Positions 37,384 to 46,583 of a stretch of DNA of 64,000 nucleotides are shown piece after piece. The notes beneath the pieces were generated by a model. The model was given only the letters and a program-made list of their open reading frames with translations, was not told the origin of the DNA and did no database searches. The stretch lies in IMG/VR virus record IMGVR_UViG_2838247499_000001, positions 10,120 to 74,119 of that record; one strand, written 5' to 3'. A program made the translations under genes and the position numbers. Origin of the DNA: a virus. Taxonomy: Duplodnaviria; Caudoviricetes. The stretch's first letter is position 1. Every line of letters begins with the position of its first letter.

Positions 37384-39039
37384 TCAGACGATGTAGGACG
37401 CCATCCGGTCGACGGTGTCCTCGTGAACATCCAGATCCCACATGCCATCCCCTCCACTGGACGGCGACATGGGCGCTTCCTCGCTGGGTTTCCAAGGCCG
37501 CAGCGAAGCCAGCATGGAAATGGTGTCGGCGAAGTCGTCGTGTTTGCTCCGGAAACCCGAGGCAGATACCAGACTCAACTCGTTGACGGCCTCCACGATT
37601 GTAGGTTCGGCCTTCTTCTCCACCGGGAAGAAAACCTTGCGCATCTTGAACCAGGGCACCACCAGGTTGAAGCGCTGGAGTTTGTTGGTATTGGGCCGCA
37701 AACCCAGCTCGGAACTACCTTCTTCCTGGGCCAGGGGGAAATAGATGTTGCGCTCCAACATCTTCTCCTGGATCCAGCTGATGAATCCCTTCTGCTGACC
37801 GCTGATCTCGATGCCTACAGCCTGCGGCTTGTAGAGCTGAGCCAGCCTGAACAGGTCGTCGACGTTCTTGTTCATCAGCTGGCGCTTGCAGATCCCATCG
37901 ACCCACAGCCAGTCACCCACGTTGTTGTAGGCCCAGACGCTGATCACGCTGAAGTCCGACTTCTGCTTCTCAGAGGTGGCGAAGTCCGTGGTGATGTAGA
38001 AGTTGAAGCGGCTCTTGTTGCGCAGGACCGCGTCGATCTTGTACCAGCCGATGTCACCGTCCAGGATCAGGCGGTCTTCCTCGGACATGATGCGCAGCAT
38101 CAGCTCCTGGTTGAACGTCTCGACCTTGCCCAGCTTCACCGCGTTGTCGTACTGCTCCTTGACGTACTCGTAGGTGAAGCGATCCGGCCAGCTGCCGCGG
38201 AACTCCTCCTTCGTGCAGGGGAACTGCTCGCACACCGGGAACACGTTGACCCCCCAGGCGCCGGACTCCACCGCCTTGTAGAGCGGGTCCTTCGCATTGA
38301 AGGGGGTGCCGGACCAGATGATCAGGTTCTTGCGCGGGTGCAGCGCGTAGTTCACGGCCTTGTAGACCGTGTCCTCCACCGCGGCGATCACCGTTGTCGA
38401 CCGGGCATCCTCGTCGGAGATCAGGTCGTCGAGCACCGCCAGCTGCGGCCGCTTGCCCATCTCCTTGGCGCCCCGCACGCCGGTCTTGGCGCCGTAGCCC
38501 TTGACGATGAACGTCTTGCCATCAGCGTTCTTGAACTCCCAGCGGATGTCGGTGAAGTGGATCTCGGGGACGTATTCCTTCAGGAAGTCGCTGTTCTCCC
38601 AGCGGAACTCCAGGTTCTTGCGCATGTTCTTGACGCCGTTCTCGATGGAGTCCGAGACGTAGAGCGCCAGGTCCACCGGCCCGAAGCCAGGGAGCTCACC
38701 GTAGGTGGCGATGTAGAGGAACAGGTACTCGCCCATCACCGTGGTCTTGGCGATGCCGCGGTGACAGAGGTTGATGACCCGCCGACCACCGTGGGTGATC
38801 GTGTCGAGCATCTTGTAGTGGACGACGGGGGTCTTGTTCTCCTCGCCCTGCGCCCCGTTGACCAGCTTGATGAAGGTGACGAACTCGAGCGCGAACTCGC
38901 TCGGCACGTAGCTCGGGTCGTCGGCGTAGTTGGTGTTGTTGAGGTAGTCCTCGACCTTCCACGGCGCCAGGGCCGCGGCCACAGCGTCACCGCCATGGGC
39001 CACGACCGAAGCGGCATGGGCAATGGATGGGTGACTCAC
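37384..39039 (-). CDS. Terminase large subunit (N4 gp68-like)
   Basis: CHRGIAKTT, VLDDL, GTP, TTDFA, HDDFAD; GTG start inferred from GTGA overlap. Confidence 0.93.
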   Translation of the reverse strand: MSHPSIAHAASVVAHGGDAVAAALAPWKVEDYLNNTNYADDPSYVPSEFALEFVTFIKLVNGAQGEENKTPVVHYKMLDTITHGGRRVINLCHRGIAKTTVMGEYLFLYIATYGELPGFGPVDLALYVSDSIENGVKNMRKNLEFRWENSDFLKEYVPEIHFTDIRWEFKNADGKTFIVKGYGAKTGVRGAKEMGKRPQLAVLDDLISDEDARSTTVIAAVEDTVYKAVNYALHPRKNLIIWSGTPFNAKDPLYKAVESGAWGVNVFPVCEQFPCTKEEFRGSWPDRFTYEYVKEQYDNAVKLGKVETFNQELMLRIMSEEDRLILDGDIGWYKIDAVLRNKSRFNFYITTDFATSEKQKSDFSVISVWAYNNVGDWLWVDGICKRQLMNKNVDDLFRLAQLYKPQAVGIEISGQQKGFISWIQEKMLERNIYFPLAQEEGSSELGLRPNTNKLQRFNLVVPWFKMRKVFFPVEKKAEPTIVEAVNELSLVSASGFRSKHDDFADTISMLASLRPWKPSEEAPMSPSSGGDGMWDLDVHEDTVDRMASYIV

Positions 39040-39146
39040 TTGCGCCACCCCCGGCTCGTCAGCTTCCAGAACACCCAGGCCCCGAAAGCCAGGGCACCAG
39101 CGACAGCGCCCCCCATGACCAGCAGTGCAATGGTCACCGGGCTCAT
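39036..39146 (-). CDS. 36-aa single-TM protein
   Basis: MSPVTIALLVMGGAVAGALAFGAWVFWKLTSRGWRK; 4-bp overlaps on both sides. Confidence 0.6.
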   Translation of the reverse strand: MSPVTIALLVMGGAVAGALAFGAWVFWKLTSRGWRK

Positions 39147-39391
39147 GCCGATCCGCCCTCGGCGCGGGGGCCGCCCCCCGGGGTGTCATCGTCATCGCTG
39201 TAGCGGACCAGCTGCACACGCCGCAGCGTGGTCACGAAGTCCCAGACGAAGACCGCGGCCGCAGCATAGGGGGCCGCCGGGGGGTAGGTGAGCCAGGTCA
39301 CGAAGTACGTGATGACGGCCGGCCAGATGGCGTTGTAGGCCAGGAAGCCAGCCAGCTGCAGGACGTTGACCAGCATGTACGCCGGCTTCAC
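39143..39391 (-). CDS. Small membrane protein
   Basis: Coupled ORF, hydrophobic. Confidence 0.6.
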   Translation of the reverse strand: MKPAYMLVNVLQLAGFLAYNAIWPAVITYFVTWLTYPPAAPYAAAAVFVWDFVTTLRRVQLVRYSDDDDTPGGGPRAEGGSA

Positions 39392-39615
39392 TTGAGCACC
39401 TCGAAGTCGACCACCTGGCCATGCTTGGACACCAGGGCCACGACGGTGAAGTCGTCGCCCGGCGTCGGGTCGCTGACGAACAGGGTCTGACCCTCATTTC
39501 GGCGAAGGGAAAGCTGCTCGGCCTCCGCGGCCTGCATGCGACGGATCTCGTCGTCGAGCGTCTCGACGGGGCGGCGGGAAAGGGCGGCCTTGTGGGCGGG
39601 GGTGTGGAACATCAC
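39388..39615 (-). CDS. Hypothetical protein
   Basis: Coupled ORF. Confidence 0.55.
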   Translation of the reverse strand: MMFHTPAHKAALSRRPVETLDDEIRRMQAAEAEQLSLRRNEGQTLFVSDPTPGDDFTVVALVSKHGQVVDFEVLK

Positions 39616-40394
39616 GGAATCTCCTTGGCTTGAACGTCGACCACCTCGGCGGCCATCACGCGGCTGTGCGCCGCTTCCTTCGCAGTGATCTGCCCGGCCT
39701 CCATGGCCAGGCGCTGTTGCCGAGCCAGCTCAAGAGTGGCGGCCCGCAGGGCACCGATCGAGCTGTCCTCCTTCATGCCGATGTCGAGCTCGACCTTCTT
39801 CACCTCCGGCTGCTTCAGCTGGGTGAGCAGGGAGCTCGCGGCCTCGCAGCGGACCTTCTCGCTCTTGGCGTTCATCATCAGGTCCGCCTGCACGTTGAGC
39901 GCGCGCTGGTACAGGTCCTGGTTCAGCACGTAGCTGGGGATCAGGGTCTGCTCGAAGATCAGGTTGACCAGCTTGGACTTGTTGAACGCGGTGACGTAGG
40001 AGGCAATGTCCTTGCTGGACACGCCGGCCGAGACGAAGCGCTGGTACTTGTCCGGGAACGTCTTGGTGTAGGCCTCGATGTTGGTGCAGCCCATGAGCTT
40101 GAAGCTCACGTAGCGCACAGCGTTGAGGTACTCGGAGATCTTCCACCGGCCATCGGTCATGACCTTGGTGTAGCTGAGCAGGTTGTCCCGGTACGCCTCG
40201 TACTGGTCGGGGTCCGACAGGGTGGCATTGATCTGGTCGATCAGCTCCTGGTTGATGGACTTCTTCACCTTGTCGGGCAGTGCCTGGCGGAACTGCTCCA
40301 GCGTCAATGCCGGAACTACTCCACCGATAAGCGCAGGACCCACATTTGTCACAGCTTGACTGTGCTCAGCCGGTACATCAGCAGTACTGGACAT
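39612..40394 (-). CDS. N4 gp69-like protein (probable terminase small subunit)
   Basis: GGAGG RBS; YLNAVRYVSFKLMG, AY.KTFPD.Y, SEKVRCEAA; synteny. Confidence 0.85.
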   Translation of the reverse strand: MSSTADVPAEHSQAVTNVGPALIGGVVPALTLEQFRQALPDKVKKSINQELIDQINATLSDPDQYEAYRDNLLSYTKVMTDGRWKISEYLNAVRYVSFKLMGCTNIEAYTKTFPDKYQRFVSAGVSSKDIASYVTAFNKSKLVNLIFEQTLIPSYVLNQDLYQRALNVQADLMMNAKSEKVRCEAASSLLTQLKQPEVKKVELDIGMKEDSSIGALRAATLELARQQRLAMEAGQITAKEAAHSRVMAAEVVDVQAKEIP

Positions 40395-40605
40395 TCATCC
40401 TCCCGAGTAATGGTCTAGTTCAGGTTGGGTTATAGGGGACATATAGTACCTGAAACCCGGGACCAGCCATTTTCTGGAAAGGGGAGGGCGAATATGTAAC
40501 CGCGGGGTTGGGGGAATTTTCATAGCGGGGTACGAGTGCAGGACTCCCACCACGTTCCGCAAACTCCAAATCACCCCCCCCCCCACTCCTCGCGTAGGGA
40601 CTCCA

Positions 40606-40627
40606 AAGGCCTCCGGCCTTGACGCGG
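40606..40627 (+). promoter_or_regulatory. Candidate vRNAP hairpin promoter (canonical 3-nt loop)
   Basis: aaggcc-tcc-ggcctt; template strand C-GGA-G triloop as in N4 early promoters; precedes first early gene. Confidence 0.65.
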
Positions 40628-40675
40628 GTGGCGTAGCTATCCACCTGTTCATCAACCTACGTAGGAGATTCCACC

Positions 40676-40930
40676 ATGTTCAAGATGCTCGCCCAACTGT
40701 GGGCTGCCCTGTCTGTGTTCTTCACCGCTCTGGAAAAGGGAGGCAACGCCGTCAATCACCTGGCTGACTGGGCCGAGGAGAGTGCTGCCAAGTTCGCTGA
40801 TGAAGCTCGCCTGGATCGCCAGCGCAACCTCATCAAGATGCAGCGCAAGCACGCAGAAGAACTGGCCAAGCTCAATGCAGCTCATCCCGAGCAGGCATCG
40901 GCCACCGCATCCACCACCACTGTGCAGTAA
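40676..40930 (+). CDS. First early protein
   Basis: AGGAG RBS, followed by a terminator-like hairpin at about 40936-40956. Confidence 0.8.
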   Translation: MFKMLAQLWAALSVFFTALEKGGNAVNHLADWAEESAAKFADEARLDRQRNLIKMQRKHAEELAKLNAAHPEQASATASTTTVQ

Positions 40931-41165
40931 CAGCATCGCCTCCTTCGGGAGGCTTTGCCTTTCTACACAACTACACACTACACATGAAGACAGATATTCA
41001 GCAAGAGGAGAGTCCAGCCCACCTGGGCATATAGTCCTCTGCATACTGTTGATCATCTGCAGGGTTATGGAGATAGGGGACAGCGACCTGTGGTTGCTGG
41101 GTAATCCCTTCCACCTCTATACCCTGACCACCCTCACCCTCATTCCGATACCCAGCCTATATCTC

Positions 41166-41187
41166 TGGCCTTCCGGCCAAGCGATGG
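41166..41187 (+). promoter_or_regulatory. Early hairpin motif TGGCC-TNCC-GGCCA, copy 1
   Basis: tggccttccggccaagcgatgg, intergenic. Confidence 0.65.
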
Positions 41188-41232
41188 CCTCGACACATGT
41201 CGAGTACTTCTCACCCATCTGGAGGACTTCTC

Positions 41233-41717
41233 ATGGACTACTACGAACTCGCTGACATGGCAGACCTGGAGCGCCAGTGGCACCTCGATTACCTGCTGTC
41301 GCTGGAGTCCGATCTCCTGGCCTGGCTGGAGAGCTGACATGCACCGCACTCTCCTGCGCATCCTTCGCATGATCAGCCGTCACCCGGACCTCATGCGTCC
41401 CATCCTGCGTGCCCATCCCAACCTGCTCAACCACGGAGCCTGACCATGTCCCGTCTCAAGCGACGCATCCAACAGGCTCGCCGGCGCGGCTGCTACGTGA
41501 TTCAGTGGCCAGGTCACCTCTCGTTCGACGTCTACGTCGAAGGGGAATGGTGCCCACGGAACCTGGTCGCCACCAAGCGCCAAGCTGTGGCCCTGGCCTA
41601 CCGCATCAGCGTGGCCAAGCGGCAGAAGCTGGTCATCACCGCACACCCTGCCTGACCATGCTGCGCCTCATCGCCTTCGCCATCGTGTGCCTGGTCATGC
41701 GCCTGGCCACGCTCTAG
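41233..41717 (+). CDS. Cluster of four tiny early ORFs (41233-41337, 41339-41443, 41446-41655, 41658-41717)
   Basis: Tightly packed ATG ORFs, first with GGAGG RBS; terminator at about 41741-41768. Confidence 0.55.
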
Positions 41718-41782
41718 GCCCTTCCTCGCTCCACCACGCACAGCCACCTTCGGGTGGCTTTGCTTTTTGTGCATCTCCCATC

Positions 41783-41804
41783 TGGCCTACCGGCCAGGCA
41801 GTGG
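41783..41804 (+). promoter_or_regulatory. Early hairpin motif copy 2
   Basis: tggcctaccggccaggcagtgg, just after a terminator. Confidence 0.65.
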
Positions 41805-41835
41805 ACCTCACCAACCACTCACAGGAGATCACACC

Positions 41836-42210
41836 ATGTCCCGTCACGACCGTTCCGAGTTCTCTGCCAACCTCGCCATGGCCGCTGCCACCGACCATCA
41901 AGCCAGCCACACCAGCCGTGCCCTGCATCGTCAGCACTGCCCTGCGCCGGCCTCCAAGCTCTACGACCAGGCCGAAGCCAACGTGGCCATGCCCTGCCGC
42001 ATCGCCGACTTCATCACCACGATCTACGTGCTGGGCTGCCTGGCCATGATCCTGGGCTACGGCTCGCTGGCCATCTCCTACCTGGAGGAAGGCCACGGCC
42101 TGCACCCCTACATCGCCGGCGCTGTCATGTGCTTCATGGCCGTCGCTGCGACCAAGTTCCGTCTGATCCACCGCTGCGTCGTCAGCCTCATCAACCTGAT
42201 CCGGAGCTGA
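41836..42210 (+). CDS. Early membrane protein
   Basis: AGGAG RBS, two TM segments. Confidence 0.7.
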   Translation: MSRHDRSEFSANLAMAAATDHQASHTSRALHRQHCPAPASKLYDQAEANVAMPCRIADFITTIYVLGCLAMILGYGSLAISYLEEGHGLHPYIAGAVMCFMAVAATKFRLIHRCVVSLINLIRS

Positions 42211-42707
42211 AAGCAGCCTGAACAAACCATTCACTCTCTTTGAATCATTGCCCTGGCCCTTATACGGCTAGGGCATGAATTTCCACAACTTGCAGTCGGA
42301 TTTGCACCTTTTCAGGCGCTGTTTTTACGTCCAGAGCACGGCTTCTTTGCCGAACCCCGATTGCACAAATGCAGAGGAACCCAAAACCGAGGACAAGACG
42401 CTGCCCACTCGTCAATCGGCTGGACACCATACGTGGCCGCTGCTTGCAGTGGCAAACCACACATTTAGTGGCATGTCCCCAACGCGACATGTACCCATCC
42501 TGACATGTGGGACATCCCACATTCCACTTTGTAGGATTTACTCATTCAATCCGGCTGAATGGGAACCTGCCAAATCGCTGCCATCGCAGTAAAGTCCGGC
42601 TCCCATTCGAGGGTTCACCCTAACTCTCGAACGGGCAAAACAAACAAACCCCGGTTGGGGTGTGTCGGCTATGCGGTAAGTCTTGCCGGTCCTGAAGACC
42701 GAATACC

Positions 42708-42729
42708 TGGCCTGCCGGCCATGTGAAGG
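42708..42729 (+). promoter_or_regulatory. Early hairpin motif copy 3
   Basis: tggcctgccggccatgtgaagg, upstream of gp2-like gene. Confidence 0.65.
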
Positions 42730-42778
42730 CATAGGCAAGTCCGCCTGCCGAACTCACCTCAACTCTCGAAAGCACACC

Positions 42779-43057
42779 ATGGCATCTCTCATCTCCAACG
42801 CTCCCTCCAACAACGGCTCGAACAACGAAGCCCGCTGGAAGTCCGACGCCTTCCTGAACCTGTACCTGCCCAGCTCGGACGGCAAGGGCCGCAAGAAGCT
42901 CGGCGCCATCGGCCTGAAGGCTGGCAAGGCGGCCGAGAAGAAGCTCATCGAATGGCTGAAGGCCGACCCGACCCGCGTGCAGGCCATCCTCGGCAAGCTG
43001 CAGCTGGAGTTCCAGGTGGCCCAGGGCGACGACGCTCCCGGCTTCGCGCTCGACTGA
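42779..43057 (+). CDS. N4 gp2-like ssDNA-binding RNAP II coactivator
   Basis: WKSDAFLNLYLP...RKKLGAIGL motif, early location. Confidence 0.75.
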   Translation: MASLISNAPSNNGSNNEARWKSDAFLNLYLPSSDGKGRKKLGAIGLKAGKAAEKKLIEWLKADPTRVQAILGKLQLEFQVAQGDDAPGFALD

Positions 43058-43162
43058 TCCAGCGCACCTCCACCACTGCCCATCTTCGGATGCGGCGGTG
43101 GTGTGTTTTCCCCTGCTGATCCATGGCCCGCCAGTCGTCAAGACCGCGGGCCTTGTTCCTCA

Positions 43163-43184
43163 TGGCCTGCCGGCCGAGTGCTGG
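43163..43184 (+). promoter_or_regulatory. Early hairpin motif copy 4
   Basis: tggcctgccggccgagtgctgg. Confidence 0.6.
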
Positions 43185-43222
43185 CAGTCATGTCGACAAG
43201 CCAAGCACTCAAGGAATCTCTC

Positions 43223-43786
43223 ATGTTCACCAACGACAACGGAGCCCGCATCGCCATCATCGGCACCGCTGGCCGTGACCGCACCAAGCCCATGACCCCT
43301 GCGCTGTGGGGTTGGATGGTGGCCGATGCCTTGGCCCGCATCCCCAAGGGCGCCCATGTGGTGTCCGGTGGCGCTGCCTGGGCTGATCACCTGGCCGTCC
43401 ACCTGTTCCTCACCGGTGTGGCCCACGAGATCACGCTGTACCTGCCGGCGCCCATCAGCAGCACCCACAACTACTTCATGGGGCCGCCCAAGAGCGCTGG
43501 CACTGCCGCCACGTTCTATCACCACCGTTTCAGCGAGACGTTGCAGCTGGACACCATCGGCGAGATCCGCACCGCGGCGAGCTGCGATGGCTGTCATGGC
43601 GAGGCCGAGCCAGTTGCTGAGGGCTACGAGGCCATGTTCGCCCGCAACCGCAAGGTGGCCAAGGCCGAGCAGATGCTGGCCTACACCTTCGGTCAGGGTG
43701 ATGCGCCCGATGACGGTGGCACCAAGCACACCTGGGAGCTGTGCCGCGGCGTGAAGCATCACGTGTCGCTGCCGTTGATGCCCTGA
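43223..43786 (+). CDS. SLOG-superfamily (YspA-like) protein
   Basis: IAIIGTAGR, VVSGGAAWAD, FARN, GGT..T. Confidence 0.7.
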   Translation: MFTNDNGARIAIIGTAGRDRTKPMTPALWGWMVADALARIPKGAHVVSGGAAWADHLAVHLFLTGVAHEITLYLPAPISSTHNYFMGPPKSAGTAATFYHHRFSETLQLDTIGEIRTAASCDGCHGEAEPVAEGYEAMFARNRKVAKAEQMLAYTFGQGDAPDDGGTKHTWELCRGVKHHVSLPLMP

Positions 43787-43804
43787 TCCGATCACGCAGG
43801 GGGA

Positions 43805-43826
43805 TGGCCTACCGGCCATGGCATGG
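43805..43826 (+). promoter_or_regulatory. Early hairpin motif copy 5
   Basis: tggcctaccggccatggcatgg. Confidence 0.65.
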
Positions 43827-43864
43827 GCGCCTTGCCCGTGCCCTTCCTTTTCCCGGAGGACCCC

Positions 43865-44209
43865 ATGCAAACCCCTCTCGACCTCACCATCTTCAACGCC
43901 TTCGTGCAGCGCCTGGCCGCACACGACTGGCACTACGACTACAGCGACGACGGCAACGTCTGGCGCAGGGGCAAAGCCAACCAGGCCCAGCTCGTCGAGG
44001 TGGCCAACAGCCACCCGCTGCTCAAGCAGGCCTTCGACGCGCACCAGAACGCGGCCTTCCACAACCTGTACCGAGCCAAGCTGGACAGCGTCATCGCCAC
44101 CCTGCGTGCGCAGCTGCAGCCCGAGCCGCTGACCGTCGACCACCTGCCCAACACCACTGGCGATTCGCTTGAAGGCGCCATGACCTGGGCGGCCGCTCAA
44201 GCGGCCTGA
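43865..44209 (+). CDS. Hypothetical protein (HDWHYDYSDD motif)
   Basis: GGAGG RBS. Confidence 0.7.
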   Translation: MQTPLDLTIFNAFVQRLAAHDWHYDYSDDGNVWRRGKANQAQLVEVANSHPLLKQAFDAHQNAAFHNLYRAKLDSVIATLRAQLQPEPLTVDHLPNTTGDSLEGAMTWAAAQAA

Positions 44210-44237
44210 TCCACCCACTTCAACCACAGGAGCTCTC

Positions 44238-44432
44238 ATGTCCCTGAAGCGCATCGCCATCAAGTCGAACTTCGACCTGGAGATGTTCACCGAGGCCTTC
44301 CTCAACGTGCCTGCCATGCCGGAGGAGCAAGCCAAGCAGGTGTGCGAAGCACTCAACCAGGTCTACCCGCAAGGGCCGAACTACTACGCGCCGGTGGACC
44401 CCGACTACCAGCTCTACAAGTTCGAGCCCTGA
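44238..44432 (+). CDS. Hypothetical protein
   Basis: AGGAG RBS. Confidence 0.7.
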   Translation: MSLKRIAIKSNFDLEMFTEAFLNVPAMPEEQAKQVCEALNQVYPQGPNYYAPVDPDYQLYKFEP

Positions 44433-44433
44433 C

Positions 44434-44613
44434 ATGCCCCTCAACAAGAACGACCTCACCACCATGGCCAGCCTCCTCGACGAAGCTGCAGCCATCCTGC
44501 AGCAGCTTCCCGAGGACCTGGCCGAGCGGCTGCAAGTCCGGCACTTCTTGCCTGACGAGCTGATTGGCAGCGCGCTGATGCTGCGCGACCAGGCCAACGA
44601 ACAAGCCACCTAA
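44434..44613 (+). CDS. Hypothetical protein
   Basis: MPLNKNDLTTMASLL..., packed ORF. Confidence 0.55.
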   Translation: MPLNKNDLTTMASLLDEAAAILQQLPEDLAERLQVRHFLPDELIGSALMLRDQANEQAT

Positions 44614-44641
44614 CCCATCCATCAACCACGGAGAACCATCC

Positions 44642-45577
44642 ATGACAGACGACAACGAACCCCACGTTGAAACCATGCGCGAGATCGTTCTCCAGGAGAT
44701 GAACGAGGAGCGCTTCAACCGCAAGCACATCGACGCCAAGATCCGCAAGGCCATCGAGTCCGACCCGGGCATGGTGGCCAAGGTGGAGCAGGGCGCAGAC
44801 CTGGTCCACGCCTACCTCAACGGCGAGTACTACGCCTCCAAGATGAAGCGCCTGGCCCAGCTCAAGGCCATGGACATCCCGGCCCTCGTGATGGACATGT
44901 TCGTGGGCATCGCCTACTGCCTGCGCCCGGAGCTGTTCACCTCGGTGACGGCTCAGCTGGCCGCTCGCCTGAAGTTCTCGGACAAGACCGAGGCCATCAC
45001 CACGGTGGCCGAGCTCATGGCCGTGCTGTGCCAGACCGATGCGTTCGACATCACGAAGGAAAGCCGGGAGGCTTCCCTGATGGTGGTGTCCCGTGTCCCG
45101 CTGTCCGACCTCCTGGTCGACTTCATCGAGAACAGCCAGTACCTGCCTCCGATGGTGTGCGAGCCGCTGGAGCTGACTCACAACTTCAGCTCCGGCTACC
45201 TCACGCACAACGACAGCCTGATCCTCGGCAGTGGCAACCACCACGACGGCGATCTGTGTCTGGACACGCTGAACCTGCAGAACAAGGTGGCCCTCAGCCT
45301 GGACCTGGAGTTCCTCTGCCAGGTCGAGGAGGAGCCCACCTTCGAGCTCGACTCGCAGGACAAGCGCGACAACTGGGAGCGCTTCAAGAAGCAGAGCTAC
45401 CAGTTCTACAGCCTCATGCAGCAGCAGGGCAACCGCTTCCACCTGACCCACAAGGTCGACAAGCGCGGCCGCTCCTACGCCTGCGGGTATCACATCAACA
45501 CCCAGGGCGCTGCGTTCAAGAAGGCCATGATCGAGTTCGCTGACAAGGAGCTCGTCGAAGGAGTGCCGGCGTGCTGA
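44642..45577 (+). CDS. RNA polymerase II subunit 1 (N4 gp15-like)
   Basis: LPPMVCEP, SGYL, DKRGRSY (DxRGR motif), QG..FKKA. Confidence 0.92.
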   Translation: MTDDNEPHVETMREIVLQEMNEERFNRKHIDAKIRKAIESDPGMVAKVEQGADLVHAYLNGEYYASKMKRLAQLKAMDIPALVMDMFVGIAYCLRPELFTSVTAQLAARLKFSDKTEAITTVAELMAVLCQTDAFDITKESREASLMVVSRVPLSDLLVDFIENSQYLPPMVCEPLELTHNFSSGYLTHNDSLILGSGNHHDGDLCLDTLNLQNKVALSLDLEFLCQVEEEPTFELDSQDKRDNWERFKKQSYQFYSLMQQQGNRFHLTHKVDKRGRSYACGYHINTQGAAFKKAMIEFADKELVEGVPAC

Positions 45578-45786
45578 TGTGGGTGCCAGGTGAGACGGTG
45601 ATCCTGGAGGGCGATCGCATCAACCGCGATGTCCCTCTGGGCACCTACTCGCGCACCACCCATGGGCGCTGGTGCGTGCGCAAAGTCCTCACGGGCGGCT
45701 GGCATGTCTGGGAGCAGTTGCCTGTCGGCGCTGATCTCCCCAAAGAACTCAAGACCCTCGCCCTCTTGCAGGGCATCACCTTGTAG
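45571..45786 (+). CDS. Small hypothetical protein (cassette 1)
   Basis: Ends LPKELKTLALLQGITL. Confidence 0.65.
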   Translation: MLMWVPGETVILEGDRINRDVPLGTYSRTTHGRWCVRKVLTGGWHVWEQLPVGADLPKELKTLALLQGITL

Positions 45787-45795
45787 GAGATCCAC

Positions 45796-46056
45796 ATGAC
45801 TACCTGGCGATCCACCCTGCTGTCCTGGCGGCCCGGCCAGCCAGTGATCGAGGAAGTGGGCCTCGACCACACCTTCGATCCCCGGATCGGCGACCACATG
45901 CGCGGGACCATGGGTGACTGGCACGTTTACCGGCGCTTCGCTCCCGACAAGAAGAAGCCGTTCACCACCATCGAGGCATGGGTCCGCGTGCCCTTCGTCG
46001 AGCAGCTGTCCGACCAACTCAAGACCATCGCCCTGATCCAGGGCATCAACCTCTAG
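45796..46056 (+). CDS. Small hypothetical protein (cassette 2)
   Basis: AGGAG RBS; ends LSDQLKTIALIQGINL. Confidence 0.7.
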   Translation: MTTWRSTLLSWRPGQPVIEEVGLDHTFDPRIGDHMRGTMGDWHVYRRFAPDKKKPFTTIEAWVRVPFVEQLSDQLKTIALIQGINL

Positions 46057-46066
46057 GAGATCCACC

Positions 46067-46297
46067 ATGTCCAGTCTGCTGACCTGGCACCGCGACCACG
46101 GCATGAAGGAAGTGCCCCAGTCGATGGCCAGCATCCTGCCCAGGGGCACCTACGTCCGCTTCGGCGACTCAACCTCGTCCCCCTGGAAGCTGCGCACCAA
46201 GCGTCGCACCGCCGGCCACAAGTGGACCCACATCCCCAAGAAGAACCTGCCCAAGCAGGTCCATGTGGATGCCCTGCTGTTGGAAATCCGGGTGTGA
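46067..46297 (+). CDS. Small hypothetical protein (cassette 3)
   Basis: AGGAG RBS; ends LPKQVHVDALLLEIRV. Confidence 0.7.
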   Translation: MSSLLTWHRDHGMKEVPQSMASILPRGTYVRFGDSTSSPWKLRTKRRTAGHKWTHIPKKNLPKQVHVDALLLEIRV

Positions 46298-46542
46298 CCT
46301 ACGCCACCATCTTCTACGCCGGCCTTCCGTATGAGTCCTACCCGGATGAAGACACGCTGAACGCCGTTCGGTTGGCCTGTGACCAGGAGCTCTACAACGG
46401 CGCCTTCATCTACTACCACCATGGCAAGTCCAGGTGGGAACCACGCCGCTGGTATCGCATGGACCTGACCCCGGTGCTCGACACCGAGGCCCAAAGCGAC
46501 GTTCCACCCGAACTCAAGGCCTACGTGCTGCTGCTCAGTTGA
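46294..46542 (+). CDS. Small hypothetical protein (cassette 4)
   Basis: GTGA overlap; ends VPPELKAYVLLLS. Confidence 0.6.
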   Translation: MTYATIFYAGLPYESYPDEDTLNAVRLACDQELYNGAFIYYHHGKSRWEPRRWYRMDLTPVLDTEAQSDVPPELKAYVLLLS

Positions 46543-46583
46543 ACTGAGCGGTGGCCCACATCCATTCAATCCAAGGAGATCAC

